NCBI GenBank assembly: GCA_963789265.1
Contig: CAWBKB010000001.1
Coordinates: 1,280,001 to 1,344,000 of the forward strand
Length of the DNA: 64,000 nucleotides
Reading direction: 5' to 3'
Source: an uncultured delta proteobacterium
GTDB lineage: Bacteria; Desulfobacterota; Desulfomonilia; Desulfomonilales; Desulfomonilaceae
Position 1 is the stretch's first letter. Each line of letters begins with the position of its first letter. The notes under the pieces are model-generated. The model was not told the DNA's origin. It ran no database searches and saw only the letters and a program-made list of their open reading frames with translations. Both the position numbers and the translations under genes were made by a program. This document shows positions 20,790-30,977 of this stretch, piece by piece.

Positions 20790-21569
20790 CTAGCCCGCGG
20801 AGTAGCCACCATCCACGTTGAGAATTGCTCCGGTCATAAAATCTGAGGCCTTGGACGACAGATAGATCAGGGTACCAAGAAAGTCTTCGGGTTCGCCCAA
20901 TCGGCCTACGGGGATTCTTTTGAGGAAATTCAGATAGAATGCCTTGTCGTCGAACATCCATTGGGTCAAGGCGGTGCGGAAGACAGTGGGAGCTATGGCG
21001 TTGACATTGATTTTGTGCGGTCCCCATTCGCACCCCAAGGTTTTGGCCAAAAGATGAATGGCCCCTTTGGAGGGACTGTAGGCCGAGTAGTTGGCCATGC
21101 CCAGTTCGCCTCGCGCTGAACCAAGCAGCACCACTTTGCCGCCGCGGCCCTGGGCGATCATGACCTTGCCAACCTCTTTGCAGAAGAGATAGGTGCCCTT
21201 AACATTGGCATCCATGATCATTTCCCATTCTTCAAGCGGCTGCTGGACGATGGGGCCGGGTTTGTTGACGCCGGCGGCAGTGATAAGAATGTCGATGCCT
21301 CCGAAGGTGCTCAGAGTATCGGCTACGATTTTGGCTACGGCAACTGGGTCTGTGGGAGGCCCGGCCGAGAAAGCCGCCGTACCTCCGGCAGCTTCTATTT
21401 CGGCTATCAGGGATTTCAAGGTCTCTGGACTGCGGCCGGTCGCCATTATTTTTACACCGCTGGTTGCCAGTCCCAGACAGGCGGCTTTGCCGAATCCGCC
21501 CGTGGCACCGGTAATCAGGGCAACCTTGCCGGACACATCAAACAGAGCGCTTATTTCGTCCTTATTCAT
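20790..21569 (-). CDS. SDR; candidate phloroglucinol reductase
   Basis: TGATGGFG and YSPSK (YxxxK); segments LFDVSGKVALITGATG, GGKVVL.GSAR, PTVFR..LT.WMFD, NFLKRIPVGRLGEPEDF match my recollection of characterised phloroglucinol reductases. Confidence 0.8.
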   Translation of the reverse strand: MNKDEISALFDVSGKVALITGATGGFGKAACLGLATSGVKIMATGRSPETLKSLIAEIEAAGGTAAFSAGPPTDPVAVAKIVADTLSTFGGIDILITAAGVNKPGPIVQQPLEEWEMIMDANVKGTYLFCKEVGKVMIAQGRGGKVVLLGSARGELGMANYSAYSPSKGAIHLLAKTLGCEWGPHKINVNAIAPTVFRTALTQWMFDDKAFYLNFLKRIPVGRLGEPEDFLGTLIYLSSKASDFMTGAILNVDGGYSAG

Positions 21570-21608
21570 GCTTCAACCTCGTGAGGGTTTGCTGTGTGAT
21601 CTTTGCTA

Positions 21609-21953
21609 TCAATCCGGATAATTGATGATTACCAGCATGCTGGCCGGCCTGGGCGTCTTATTTATCACGCTACGCCCCTCATTGGGGCCTAAATAAAGGG
21701 CATCCCACTGCCTCAAAACGTGCTCTTCGGTGCTGCTCTTGACGGTGATTTCCCCTTCCAGCACAAAGTAGATTTTCTCCAAGGGGTTGTCTTCGTAAGC
21801 CCACTCCGCACCGCCGCCCGGCAAAAAATGGGAGAGACCCATCCAGAATTTCTGCGCCCCGGTCTCTTCCTTGCCGATCAAGCGCATCGCGGTCATATTG
21901 AAATGCTTTGGAGCTCCATACGGCTTAACATCCTTAAGTTCCACCTTTTTCAT
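21609..21953 (-). CDS. Small cupin protein
   Basis: SHFLPGGGAE...EKIYFVLEGEITV cupin barrel; ATG 21953. Confidence 0.85.
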   Translation of the reverse strand: MKKVELKDVKPYGAPKHFNMTAMRLIGKEETGAQKFWMGLSHFLPGGGAEWAYEDNPLEKIYFVLEGEITVKSSTEEHVLRQWDALYLGPNEGRSVINKTPRPASMLVIINYPD

Positions 21954-22038
21954 GCTTTCTTCGCCCCTTTCGCTAAAATTGGTCCGATGAGGTTCGGCGT
22001 GGCGAGGTTTACCCCGCCTGTGGCTCTCTAGATCTTTA

Positions 22039-23408
22039 TCACTGCCTTGAAAAGCTGTACTCATCCTGAACAAGCAGGATTGCGAGGGCAGCGACCAGAA
22101 CCGGGTACGGCCAAACCCATGAAGTTGACAAATAGTGACACCTTTATATGGATCAAAACGCCGGCCAGCGTCGGGCCAAAGATGGCACCCAGCCGACCGA
22201 TGCCGAAAGCGAAGCCCATCGCTGTGGATCGCATGGCCGGCGGATAGAATAGGGACACATAGCTGTTAGCCAGATTTTGCCCGGCAAAGTAACCGGTACC
22301 CGCCATGGCAACCAGAGTCGCCAACAAATAGAAATCTCTAGTTTGACTCAACAAAGCTATTGAGGCAAAGGCCGTCAAAAAACAAACAGCCAGCGTCGGC
22401 TTGGAGCCGCAACGGTCAGCAATTACCCCGGCAATCTGGCTTCCAAATAAAGCGGCCAGTTGAAGAATTAGCAAGAACAATAGCCCTGATCCCAGAGCAA
22501 AGCCGGCATTCATCATCAGTTTCGGCAACCAAATGCCAAGCCCGAAGATCATGTACATATTCATGAAAAACATGATCCAGAAACAGGATCGTGCTGAACC
22601 CACGGTGTTCACGAAAAAGATCAATAATCGGCGCCCTGCCCGAGCCTTTATCAATGTCAAAAGTTACATCGTCCGGGAAGGGCTCTGCCGGCCGTGCTCT
22701 CCTCAGGATTGCTTTCAATTCCGCAACACGGCCCTCAGCAATTAGACGAGTTGGAGATTCGGGCAGCATCTTCACATATACGGGTAGCAGAAGCAGCGGA
22801 AGAGCACCCAAGTAAAATACCGATCGCCAGCCGAACAAGGGGAAGAGCCATATACTGAAACCGGCGGCAGCTATGCCGCCGACTTGCATACCCGAAAAGA
22901 TCGCCGCAATCATCAGAGCCCGGTTCCTGAGAGGAGCGTACTCCGACGCCAAGGCGACTATGTTGGGCATGACCCCTCCAATTCCTAAGCCTGCGCAAAA
23001 ACGGCACAATCCAAACGTGCCGGGACCATGGGTCGTACCTGTCAACCCGGTGGCCAGGCTGAGCACAGCGACGCAGATGATGACGGCCACCTTTCGGCCG
23101 ATCTTATCCGCCAGCGAACCGAATATCAGTGCGCCTACCGCGGCTCCGATCAACGCATAACTGCCGATGACGCCGGCCTGGGTCGGGTTAATCCCAAACT
23201 CCTTCAGAAGTACAGGAACAGCCGCCCCGTAAATGACCAAGTCATAACCATCGAAGGTGATGATGCAAACTGACAACAAGAACAGGTACGCATGAAAGCT
23301 GGAAAACTTACTCTCATCGAGCCATTTGTTGACGTTCAAAACTGTGCATGTCGATGGGGGGCCGGCTTTTAATAGCCTGAGGTTCCCGGCCATCGTTTGT
23401 CCCTCCAT
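22039..23408 (-). CDS. Aromatic acid:H+ symporter MFS (BenK/PcaK-like); two +1 frameshifts (~22582, ~22099)
   Basis: FDGYDL, GSLADKIGRK, GLGIGG.MPN..AL.SEYAP, LPESP, YP..MRSTAMG..GIGRLGAI; repaired C-terminus VPGLVAALAILLVQDEYSFSRQ*. Confidence 0.85.
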
Positions 23409-23526
23409 CTTTTTTCCTTCGATGAGCGAATTCACGCGAGTTTCGATCTTGGGCGATGACTTGCCGTATATTCTCGAGGCGGCCGGCACGCAGCTATCTG
23501 CCGTGAAAGCAGAGGCATGTCATTGC

Positions 23527-24543
23527 TCATTCCACCGGGAAGTCTACAAACTTGCCGTTCTTCAGGTACCCTGCCTTCTCATACAGGTCGAACTGCGGAG
23601 GGGTGGCGCAACCGCTAGCGTTCATCGGACCGAGAGCGTCTTTGTGGTTTCCAGTCCCGTGTTTGACTAGCGCTGGAGCATAGAGAATGTCGCCGATCTC
23701 CGCTTCGATCCACCGGCTTTCCAAATAAGCCATACCCGGGGCGTCCCAGAAAATGATAGCGTCCTCTGATATGGGATGAACATGAGGTTTAAAGGCAATC
23801 CCCGGCAAATGGCAGGCATTGTGTAGCCCACAGTTTTTGGCCCCCACGCCGGGCCATACGATGAACTTCATGGCTCCGCCGTACCCATGGAAGGGAGCGC
23901 CGCGGTAAATGTTGAAGACCCCGCCCTTCCGAGCAACTTCGCTGTAACCGATCGCTTCCGCTCTGTATCTCCCACCCAGCTCGTTGGCCCTCATCACGCA
24001 TTCCCGCGGAATGGTGTCAGGCACCATGTTGAGCATCAGTTTGTCAACATCTTCGACTTTGAATTCGCCGTTCTGCATTAAGCCGATTTCCTGGTAAAAC
24101 TCTAGAGGAGAAGGGCAGATGTAAGCTAAGGCAACAAAATCTTCTTTGGAATTTGGAGCGCAGCGGGTACCAAACGGGACTCCCATGGGCACGAAAATGA
24201 CGTTGCCGGCCTCGATTCTTTCCCAGCCCGCCTCACCGAGATTGACTTCCCCAGCCCCCCGGATGCAGGTCATGCTCACTTCGGATATGACGCGAATCTG
24301 TGTGTCGAACTTACCGCCAGGCTTGTGAATAAGCAGGTGGAAGGAGACCATGCGTGTGCCTACGGCGGGCCAGCCGATAAGCCGGGTGATGCAACCCTTT
24401 CCGTTCTCGATGTCCAGGCCCTCGTTGATGTTGAAGATAGCCCCTCGAGTGCGAATCTCATCACGAGTGCGGTTATACGCGCGGGCAGGATCGTCTCTAA
24501 GCAGTGGAATTTGCACCTGAGTCTCCTCTAACATGCCTGTCAT
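23527..24543 (-). CDS. Bicupin of unknown function (start ATG 24543 or upstream TTG 24756)
   Basis: Internal duplication (GAIFNI...GWPAVG versus GGVFNI...VWPGVG); C-domain has HVHPISE...KHG metal ligands. Confidence 0.75.
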   Translation of the reverse strand: MTGMLEETQVQIPLLRDDPARAYNRTRDEIRTRGAIFNINEGLDIENGKGCITRLIGWPAVGTRMVSFHLLIHKPGGKFDTQIRVISEVSMTCIRGAGEVNLGEAGWERIEAGNVIFVPMGVPFGTRCAPNSKEDFVALAYICPSPLEFYQEIGLMQNGEFKVEDVDKLMLNMVPDTIPRECVMRANELGGRYRAEAIGYSEVARKGGVFNIYRGAPFHGYGGAMKFIVWPGVGAKNCGLHNACHLPGIAFKPHVHPISEDAIIFWDAPGMAYLESRWIEAEIGDILYAPALVKHGTGNHKDALGPMNASGCATPPQFDLYEKAGYLKNGKFVDFPVE

Positions 24544-24787
24544 GCCGAGGAAGGAGTTCCTCCTCGCTGAAAAAAACCAGGCAATCTTGCCGTAATCGGA
24601 ACCGTCAAGACGTAAGGATCCGTCCGCCGTTGCGAAAATCCGCGAGCCAGATGTGCGCATCAACGGAAGAACACTGGAGCATCGCCGGTCATCTTTCCTT
24701 GCCGTCTCAAGCGAATGGAAAAACAATGCATTCTGCACCGGGGCGGTCGTTGACAACGCCGCCCCTTGAAAAGATCACCCGAATAAG

Positions 24788-25552
24788 TTAGTCCTCTTCT
24801 TCCAAAATGGCCACCAGGCGCACGATGGACCCGTCCCCTTTCTGCCAGCGGATGGGAAAGCCCGAGATGGTCACTCGTTTTCCGACGACCTGCTCCAAAT
24901 CGCCGCCAACGTTTTCCCATCCCATGATGCCGTTGCGCAACAGCAAGTTGTGGCACGGTTCCCAATACGGGAAATCTTCCTTCACCTCCCGGCCGGTCTC
25001 TCGTTTGTACTCTTCGCAAATGTCGGGCCTGAGGGGTCCTCCAGGGCCATGGGGGCCGATAGCCGTTCCCAGTGGATGATCCAGGGCCTGCTGATCCACG
25101 CCCACTGCTTTGACGCCCTTCTGAACAAACCACTCTCCGGCTTCTTTATACAGGCCCGGTGAGTAGCAGAAGTATTCCGTACTGTCGCCCCACTTTTTGT
25201 GCCAACCGGTATGAACGATAACGATATCGTCCTTTTCGATCTTGGGACGTGCGTTTTCCAGATCCTCAGCGGTGATGACGCCCCATTTACCCTTCGGAAT
25301 GTCAACAACCACACCGGTGCCGTAGTATTTTTCCAAAGGAATCTCATCGGTATACTGACCCCCTTCGAACACATGGGCCGGGGAGTCCGCATGAGTGGTG
25401 CAGTGCATGGTGGTGGTAATCACCTGGGAAAGGACCCCGGATTTGGCGTGGTAATGCATGCGTTCGATCTTGACATCCTGAAAATAGGGCCATAGCGGGC
25501 ATTTGTCCCCAAAGGGCTGACTGAGATCGACCAATCTAATCTTCTTGCTCAT
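24788..25552 (-). CDS. Cyclase (kynurenine formamidase-like) family; candidate dihydrophloroglucinol cyclohydrolase
   Basis: DLSQP, HCTTHADSPAH (HxGTHxDxPxH variant), QALDHPL, WEPCH, ENVGGDL, GDGSIVR; GAGGAGG RBS. Confidence 0.85.
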   Translation of the reverse strand: MSKKIRLVDLSQPFGDKCPLWPYFQDVKIERMHYHAKSGVLSQVITTTMHCTTHADSPAHVFEGGQYTDEIPLEKYYGTGVVVDIPKGKWGVITAEDLENARPKIEKDDIVIVHTGWHKKWGDSTEYFCYSPGLYKEAGEWFVQKGVKAVGVDQQALDHPLGTAIGPHGPGGPLRPDICEEYKRETGREVKEDFPYWEPCHNLLLRNGIMGWENVGGDLEQVVGKRVTISGFPIRWQKGDGSIVRLVAILEEED

Positions 25553-25607
25553 CGCTGTCGCCTCCTCTTTGCTTCGCATATTTTGGGTCGTCGTTTGGTT
25601 GAGGGGC

Positions 25608-25964
25608 CTACTCCTCAATTAGTGTTTTAGAGAGATCTTGCTCATCGTCCCTGAGTTTAACCACGAGATCAAAATCAGAGATGGCAGAGACGCTGTAAAA
25701 CCGCATGCTGGGTCTTTCGACGGCCATGTCCATAACGGCCAGGATGCCACGGAAATCAGCCGAACAAATGTGACGCTTTAGATGTTCGAAGGAATCCCAT
25801 TGCTCAAAAAGGATGAATTCGTTGTCGCATTTGACATCGATCCAGAGTTTGAAATGCCGACAGCCGGGCTGCACCGAAATCGGACCAAGGATGGTGTCAA
25901 AGATGCGCAAGGCTTCTTGAACCTTTGACTGAATCAAGCGCATGCGCAGAATCATCATGTTCAT
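25608..25964 (-). CDS. Antibiotic biosynthesis monooxygenase (ABM/Dabb) domain protein
   Basis: QPGC..F...FILFEQWDS..HLKRHI.S pattern; start placed downstream of the sigma-54 promoter. Confidence 0.75.
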   Translation of the reverse strand: MNMMILRMRLIQSKVQEALRIFDTILGPISVQPGCRHFKLWIDVKCDNEFILFEQWDSFEHLKRHICSADFRGILAVMDMAVERPSMRFYSVSAISDFDLVVKLRDDEQDLSKTLIEE

Positions 25965-26028
25965 GAGAATGCCTGCTGGTTTGTGATATTTCGACATTAA
26001 TTTGATTAAGGTCAGTGACCAATCTTGT

Positions 26029-26044
26029 AACAATAAGCGTGCCA
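26029..26044 (-). promoter_or_regulatory. Sigma-54 -24/-12 promoter of the catabolic operon
   Basis: Minus strand TGGCACGCTTATTGTT: exact TGGCACG -24 box and correctly spaced TTGT (consensus TTGC); adjacent to a sigma-54 activator gene. Confidence 0.65.
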
Positions 26045-26203
26045 TATTGGGTCGACAGGTATCTTGCGATCGTAACATAGTGAAAAGAAATAGTTAAACT
26101 CTATTTGTTCGTATTCGCCAGAGGGCACGATGGAGAAAGAAACTAACGCCATTCCGCTAAGCTAACGAAATAGCGACAAAGAGAGGTGCCGGCCCATGAT
26201 GGG

Positions 26204-28069
26204 TCAGCGCCAAGTCGATGGGGATGAATCCAGTCGGACAATGTTCAATTTTTGCATTTTAGATCGCAGGGTGGACACCTTCAAGCCCAGTAGCCGAGCA
26301 GCTCCTCCGGGGCCGGAAATACGACCTCGAGACTTTCTTAGGGTGTGGAGAATATGATTGCGGATGACATCGTCCAGGAGCTGTTCGTCAGTCTGGATAC
26401 AGTCTTCGGTCTCAAGCAGTCCCACGGTCAATGTGTCACCACTGGTAAGAATCATTGCTCTTTCGATCACATTGCGCAACTGACGGACATTTCCCGGCCA
26501 GTCCTGAGCCTTGAGTAATTCCATGGTTTTGTTGGGGATATATTTTATGGATTTACCCATGCTTTGGGAAAATTCTTTCACAAAGGCCCACACCAGTAAG
26601 GGGATGTCTTCCTGACGCTCTCTTAAAGTCGGCATGGTGATGGGAAAGACATTGAGGCGGTAGTAGAGATCTCGCCGAAACTTCTTTAATTTAACCTGAT
26701 CTGCCAGATTGGAATTGGTGGCGGCAATCACTCGCACATCCACGGAGATGGTTTGTGCGCTGCCCAAGCGCTCAAAGCGATGGTCTTGGAGTACGCTTAA
26801 TAATTTGGCCTGAAGGTCGAGAGGCAAGTCCCCGATTTCGTCCAAGAAGAGGGTCGATTGGTTGGCGGCCTCAAAACGTCCGATTTGTTTGGCGGTGGCA
26901 CCGGTAAAAGCCCCTTTTTCGCGACCGAACAGTTCACCTTCGATTAACGTGGCGGGCAGTGCGGCACAATTGACTTTGATCATTGAGCGACCTTTGCGCG
27001 GGCTCATATTATGAATAGCCCGGGCCAAAATCTCCTTTCCGGTGCCCGTTTCTCCCAAAATGAGCACGCAGGTATCTTTTCCGGCAACTTTTTCTGCGGC
27101 TGCCAGAACCTTCTTTATGGGCAGGGTTTCACCTACAATATCCTCATGCCGGTAGCGGACCTCAATCTCCTCCCGTAAAAAGGTATTCTCCTGCTCCAGT
27201 TGATTTTTCAATTTCCGGATTTCTTCAAGGGCACTTTTCAGCTTGTTTTCCGCTCGCTTGCGTTCGGTCACGTCCCGCGTCAAGGATAACAGGAGGGACT
27301 GGTTAAGGAAATCAAGCCGGCTCAAGCGGACTTCCACCGGGAAGGTGCGCCCATCTTTTCGCCGTTGGGTACCCTCGAAGGTGATATATTCTCCCGAAGC
27401 GAGCCGTTCCCAAAAGCGGTTGCGATGCCTACTTTGAGAAACTTCCAAATCGATGTCAGCGATATTCATCTTCAAGAGTTCGTGCCGGTCGTATCCCAGG
27501 CTTCGACACGCCTCCTGATTGACATCGTAGATATGACCGGCATAGTCGTGGACAAAGAAGGCATCACCGGCTTGTTCTACCAATGTCCGAAATCGGCTTT
27601 CACTTTCGTGCAGGGTAGCTTCGGCTTTTTTCGATGCCGTGATATCCTGAACAAAGCCTTCACTGACTATGTGGCCATCGGCGGTTTTTGCGGGGTGTGC
27701 GCTGATGCTGATCCAGATCGTCTCCCCGTCCATGCGCTTGGCTTGGGCTTCGACTGAATCGACAAACCCGCGGCTGCTCATTTCCGCCACCATGAGATGA
27801 CGATCCTCTGGATGGACCCACAGCTCGCGGGCGTTGGTCACCGATGCCAGGAAAGCCTTTTCGGATTCGTAACCGAATATTTCGGCCATTTTTCGATTCA
27901 CCCAATGAAATTGGCCTTGCAGGGTCACTCGGAAGACCCCCAGGACTGCATGGGCAACTAAATCTTTCCATAGCTTTGCTTCTGAAGATAACTGCGCATT
28001 GCTGCTAAGTAGTCGGTTATTTTCCTCTTTCAGCCGCTTGATCTCTTCAGTCATAGTAAACGAACCCAT
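26204..28069 (-). CDS. Sigma-54-dependent activator with two PAS domains, AAA+ and Fis HTH
   Basis: GETGTGKE, GAFTGA, LFLDEIGD, DLYYRL, WPGNVRQL; PAS/PAC DIT..K and DVTERK. Confidence 0.95.
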   Translation of the reverse strand: MGSFTMTEEIKRLKEENNRLLSSNAQLSSEAKLWKDLVAHAVLGVFRVTLQGQFHWVNRKMAEIFGYESEKAFLASVTNARELWVHPEDRHLMVAEMSSRGFVDSVEAQAKRMDGETIWISISAHPAKTADGHIVSEGFVQDITASKKAEATLHESESRFRTLVEQAGDAFFVHDYAGHIYDVNQEACRSLGYDRHELLKMNIADIDLEVSQSRHRNRFWERLASGEYITFEGTQRRKDGRTFPVEVRLSRLDFLNQSLLLSLTRDVTERKRAENKLKSALEEIRKLKNQLEQENTFLREEIEVRYRHEDIVGETLPIKKVLAAAEKVAGKDTCVLILGETGTGKEILARAIHNMSPRKGRSMIKVNCAALPATLIEGELFGREKGAFTGATAKQIGRFEAANQSTLFLDEIGDLPLDLQAKLLSVLQDHRFERLGSAQTISVDVRVIAATNSNLADQVKLKKFRRDLYYRLNVFPITMPTLRERQEDIPLLVWAFVKEFSQSMGKSIKYIPNKTMELLKAQDWPGNVRQLRNVIERAMILTSGDTLTVGLLETEDCIQTDEQLLDDVIRNHILHTLRKSRGRISGPGGAARLLGLKVSTLRSKMQKLNIVRLDSSPSTWR

Positions 28070-28491
28070 TCTTCAGAGACGGTGGGTGCAGTTTAGGCGG
28101 GCAAATCGGTTCCTCCCCCGACCAATCACGAGGTATCATTCCATTGACTTGCTCCGAAGGAAAAAGTCGGCGGACATACCTCCAGCCGACATTAGAGGGT
28201 TATTCAACCAAAGTCAATGATTGCATAATCCTCGCGATCACCCGGCATGGCGGTGTCGCGAACCACGACGTCACATGACGATTGTCGATCATCCGTTAGG
28301 CGCTCGGTTCAACTCTGATTTCGAAGCGATAAGGTCTGACATGCTCTTGATTCCGGCGATTAATCCCAACCTCCCAGAGCACCCTGACGATCCATGCAAC
28401 TGTAAAACGATTACGCTTGATCCCGACCTGCTATCGACCCCGGATACTGCCACAAAACTAACTCAGAATTCGGCCGCGGTAGGTCGCTCGT

Positions 28492-28634
28492 AACCATTCA
28501 CTTACGAGCGGTAAAGGATTGTCATTGCGAGCGAAGCGAAGCAATCTCTTCCTCTAAACGCCACTTAGATTGCTTCGTCGTTTCACTCCTCGCAATGACA
28601 AGGTGCAGAAGATCCCCCGCACAAGTGAATGGTT
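28492..28634. repeat. Nested palindromic element, family A copy 1
   Basis: Outer IR AACCATTCACTT...AAGTGAATGGTT, inner GTCATTGCGAG...CTCGCAATGAC, core GAAGCAATC...GATTGCTTC. Confidence 0.8.
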
Positions 28635-28923
28635 TCGGCCGCTCCGAGAATTTGCTTGACTGTGTTGTTAACTGATGGTAGTTTTCTGACTCATCGGCAA
28701 TACACTTTAACATGAGTAAAGAAATCGTGTAGTACGTCGATGTCCGTCGGCGCTTCATAGGCGCGGCACAAACGATCTGGCAGGCCATGACGTGTCGAAT
28801 TCAAGACATGGCTACCGCCGGATGCGGACAAGGTGGTCCTACCCGCTGCCGGCCCGAGTGGGAGAAGTGTCTATCCTTCTCATACCTTAGTACAGAATTT
28901 CATAATTACGGTGCCAATTGCAC

Positions 28924-29008
28924 GGTAGCGCCGGCGTCCCTGCCGGCGTTTCGCGAAAACTGGCATAGAGGCCGGTCCTACTGGATTCCCGCGTGCGCGG
29001 GAATGACG
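28924..29008. repeat. REP-like composite element, family B copy 1
   Basis: GGTAGCGCCGGCGTCCCTGCCGGCG...CTGGATTCCCGCGTGCGCGGGAATGACG; reverse-complement copy at 58355-58440. Confidence 0.8.
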
Positions 29009-29057
29009 GCTACGGCACCAGAATACGAGACCGTATTTGCGAAAAGGAGTACTTAGT

Positions 29058-29777
29058 GTGTCTCAACGAATCATGAGCAAAGAGATTCCATCAATACAGG
29101 ACAGGCGCAAAAAGCTCATTCAAGGGAGGCGCGAAAGGGAGAGATCTCAGAGGATTCAGAGCATTCTTGACGCGGCGAAAAAGAACTTCTTTTCAAAAGG
29201 ATACATCAAGGCAACGATGGATGAAATCGCCCTCGAAGCCGAGATCAGCAAGCCTACCATATATACTTACTTCAAGACCAAGGATGACCTCTTTTTTTCC
29301 TTGATTCTCCCTGTGGTGGAAGACATCGGAACGCAACTGGCACAAATTGAAAGCGCTCTCGCAGAAAACCGATACAAAAGCGGCGGATCTTTGATCCGTA
29401 ATCTGTTCGAGAAACTCTTCCAAACGTATGAGAAAGAACCGGTAACTTTTGGAATCGTACAGCTTTTCCAACAAACCGGACTCGTGTGGGAACTCAATGA
29501 CGAGATTCAGTCGGCCCTGAATAACAAGGGTCGCCGTAACTTCGAAACCATGAGGAGGATACTCAGGTCCGCCATCAAGCAAGGGCTGTTAAGAAAGTCG
29601 AACGTCTATCAGCTAGGGGATGTGATTTGGGGCACATTTGTGGGAATCGTTCAACTTGAAGCTATCAAATCTCAGCACAGGGATGCAAATACATTCCTGA
29701 AGCCGGCATTGAGGCTGGCTCAAAGGATTCTTCTAGACGGGACGGCGCCGACCAGGGGGGCTGGAGGAAGTGGATAA
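29058..29777 (+). CDS. TetR/AcrR family regulator
   Basis: ILDAAKK.FFSKGY.KATMDEIA.EAEISKPTIYTYFKTKDDL HTH; AGGAG RBS. Confidence 0.93.
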   Translation: MSQRIMSKEIPSIQDRRKKLIQGRRERERSQRIQSILDAAKKNFFSKGYIKATMDEIALEAEISKPTIYTYFKTKDDLFFSLILPVVEDIGTQLAQIESALAENRYKSGGSLIRNLFEKLFQTYEKEPVTFGIVQLFQQTGLVWELNDEIQSALNNKGRRNFETMRRILRSAIKQGLLRKSNVYQLGDVIWGTFVGIVQLEAIKSQHRDANTFLKPALRLAQRILLDGTAPTRGAGGSG

Positions 29778-29937
29778 CGGCAGATTACAGCGCCCATGAT
29801 TCGAGGCATTGGCCACTGCACATGACCAGGGAACAAGCTCACGAACGCACGAGCGTCACTTTCGATCCCGAACACTCAGACGAAAGAATTTCGCTCGCAT
29901 AAGCCCGATAGGACCCTAATGGGCAGGAGGAAACGAG

Positions 29938-30825
29938 ATGGCTTACGAGACGATTCTGTACGAAAAGCGAGACCGGATCGGAACGATAACTCTAAACCGT
30001 CCGGAAAAATTCAACACTATCAGGCCGCCTATGCCCGACGAAATTGAGCATGCGTTGGCCGCGGCAAATGCCGATCGAGAAGTGCGTGTCATCATATTGC
30101 AAGGTGCGGGCAAAGCGTTTTGCGCGGGGTTCGACTTCTCGGAAAACCTGGACCATTTCTCCGGATGGGGATTGCCTTCCGGCTCTGGGCAATGGGATCC
30201 TGGTGAAGACATGATGGTTGTTACGAGCCCCTTCAGGGGCCCGGTACCGAAGTTGATGAGCATCTGGCGAAGTCCAAAGCCTGTCATCGCCCGAGTGCAC
30301 GGCTGGTGCGTGGGCGGGGGGTCAGATATGGCGCTGCTGGCCGACGTCATAATCTCTTCCGAGGACGCCCGATTCGGAACGCCATATTCCAGGGTGTGGG
30401 GTTGTTATCTTACCGGAATGTGGATCTACCGGTTGGGGCTCACGCGGGTGAAATTGCTCGCACTCACGGGCGATTCCATAGACGGAAAAGAAGCGGAAGC
30501 CATAGGGCTGATCAATCGGGCGGTGCCGGCACGGAAACTTGACGAGGAAGTCATGTATTGGGCGCAAAGAATGGCCCAATGTCCGGCTTCACAGCTTGCG
30601 GCAATGAAGCTGGCGATTAACCAGGCTTTCGAAAACATGGGCCTGCACAGCACGCAACTTCTTGGCTGCATTTTGGATGGGTATATGCGCAACACTCCGG
30701 AGGGCCTGGACTTCGTGAAGACGGCGATGGAAAAAGGTGTCGGAGAGGCAATAGAGCAGCGTGACGGACCTTTCGGTGATTACAGTCAAGCCCCGGCTTC
30801 CCGGAAACCGCATGGCGTTCCTTGA
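29938..30825 (+). CDS. Crotonase-superfamily protein with atypical catalytic residues
   Basis: ITLNRPEK.N, AFCAGFD, KPVIARVHGWCVGGG, EA..IGLINRAVP. Confidence 0.9.
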   Translation: MAYETILYEKRDRIGTITLNRPEKFNTIRPPMPDEIEHALAAANADREVRVIILQGAGKAFCAGFDFSENLDHFSGWGLPSGSGQWDPGEDMMVVTSPFRGPVPKLMSIWRSPKPVIARVHGWCVGGGSDMALLADVIISSEDARFGTPYSRVWGCYLTGMWIYRLGLTRVKLLALTGDSIDGKEAEAIGLINRAVPARKLDEEVMYWAQRMAQCPASQLAAMKLAINQAFENMGLHSTQLLGCILDGYMRNTPEGLDFVKTAMEKGVGEAIEQRDGPFGDYSQAPASRKPHGVP

Positions 30826-30977
30826 ACTGCCGCCGTGAAAAGGCACCTTAACAGAAAAGGAGACGATACGGCTCGGCTGATACGACCACCGGTCTATTGA
30901 GAAGCATGCACGGGCGCTCGCTGTCCGGGTTTTTTCCCTCTCAAACCGTTGGTCTCAATGTGGTAGGGAGATCAGGC

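Noticed and set aside
28640..29937. Cobalamin riboswitch upstream of the B12 mutase operon
   Set aside because: No B12-box or GGGAA...GCCACTG core seen
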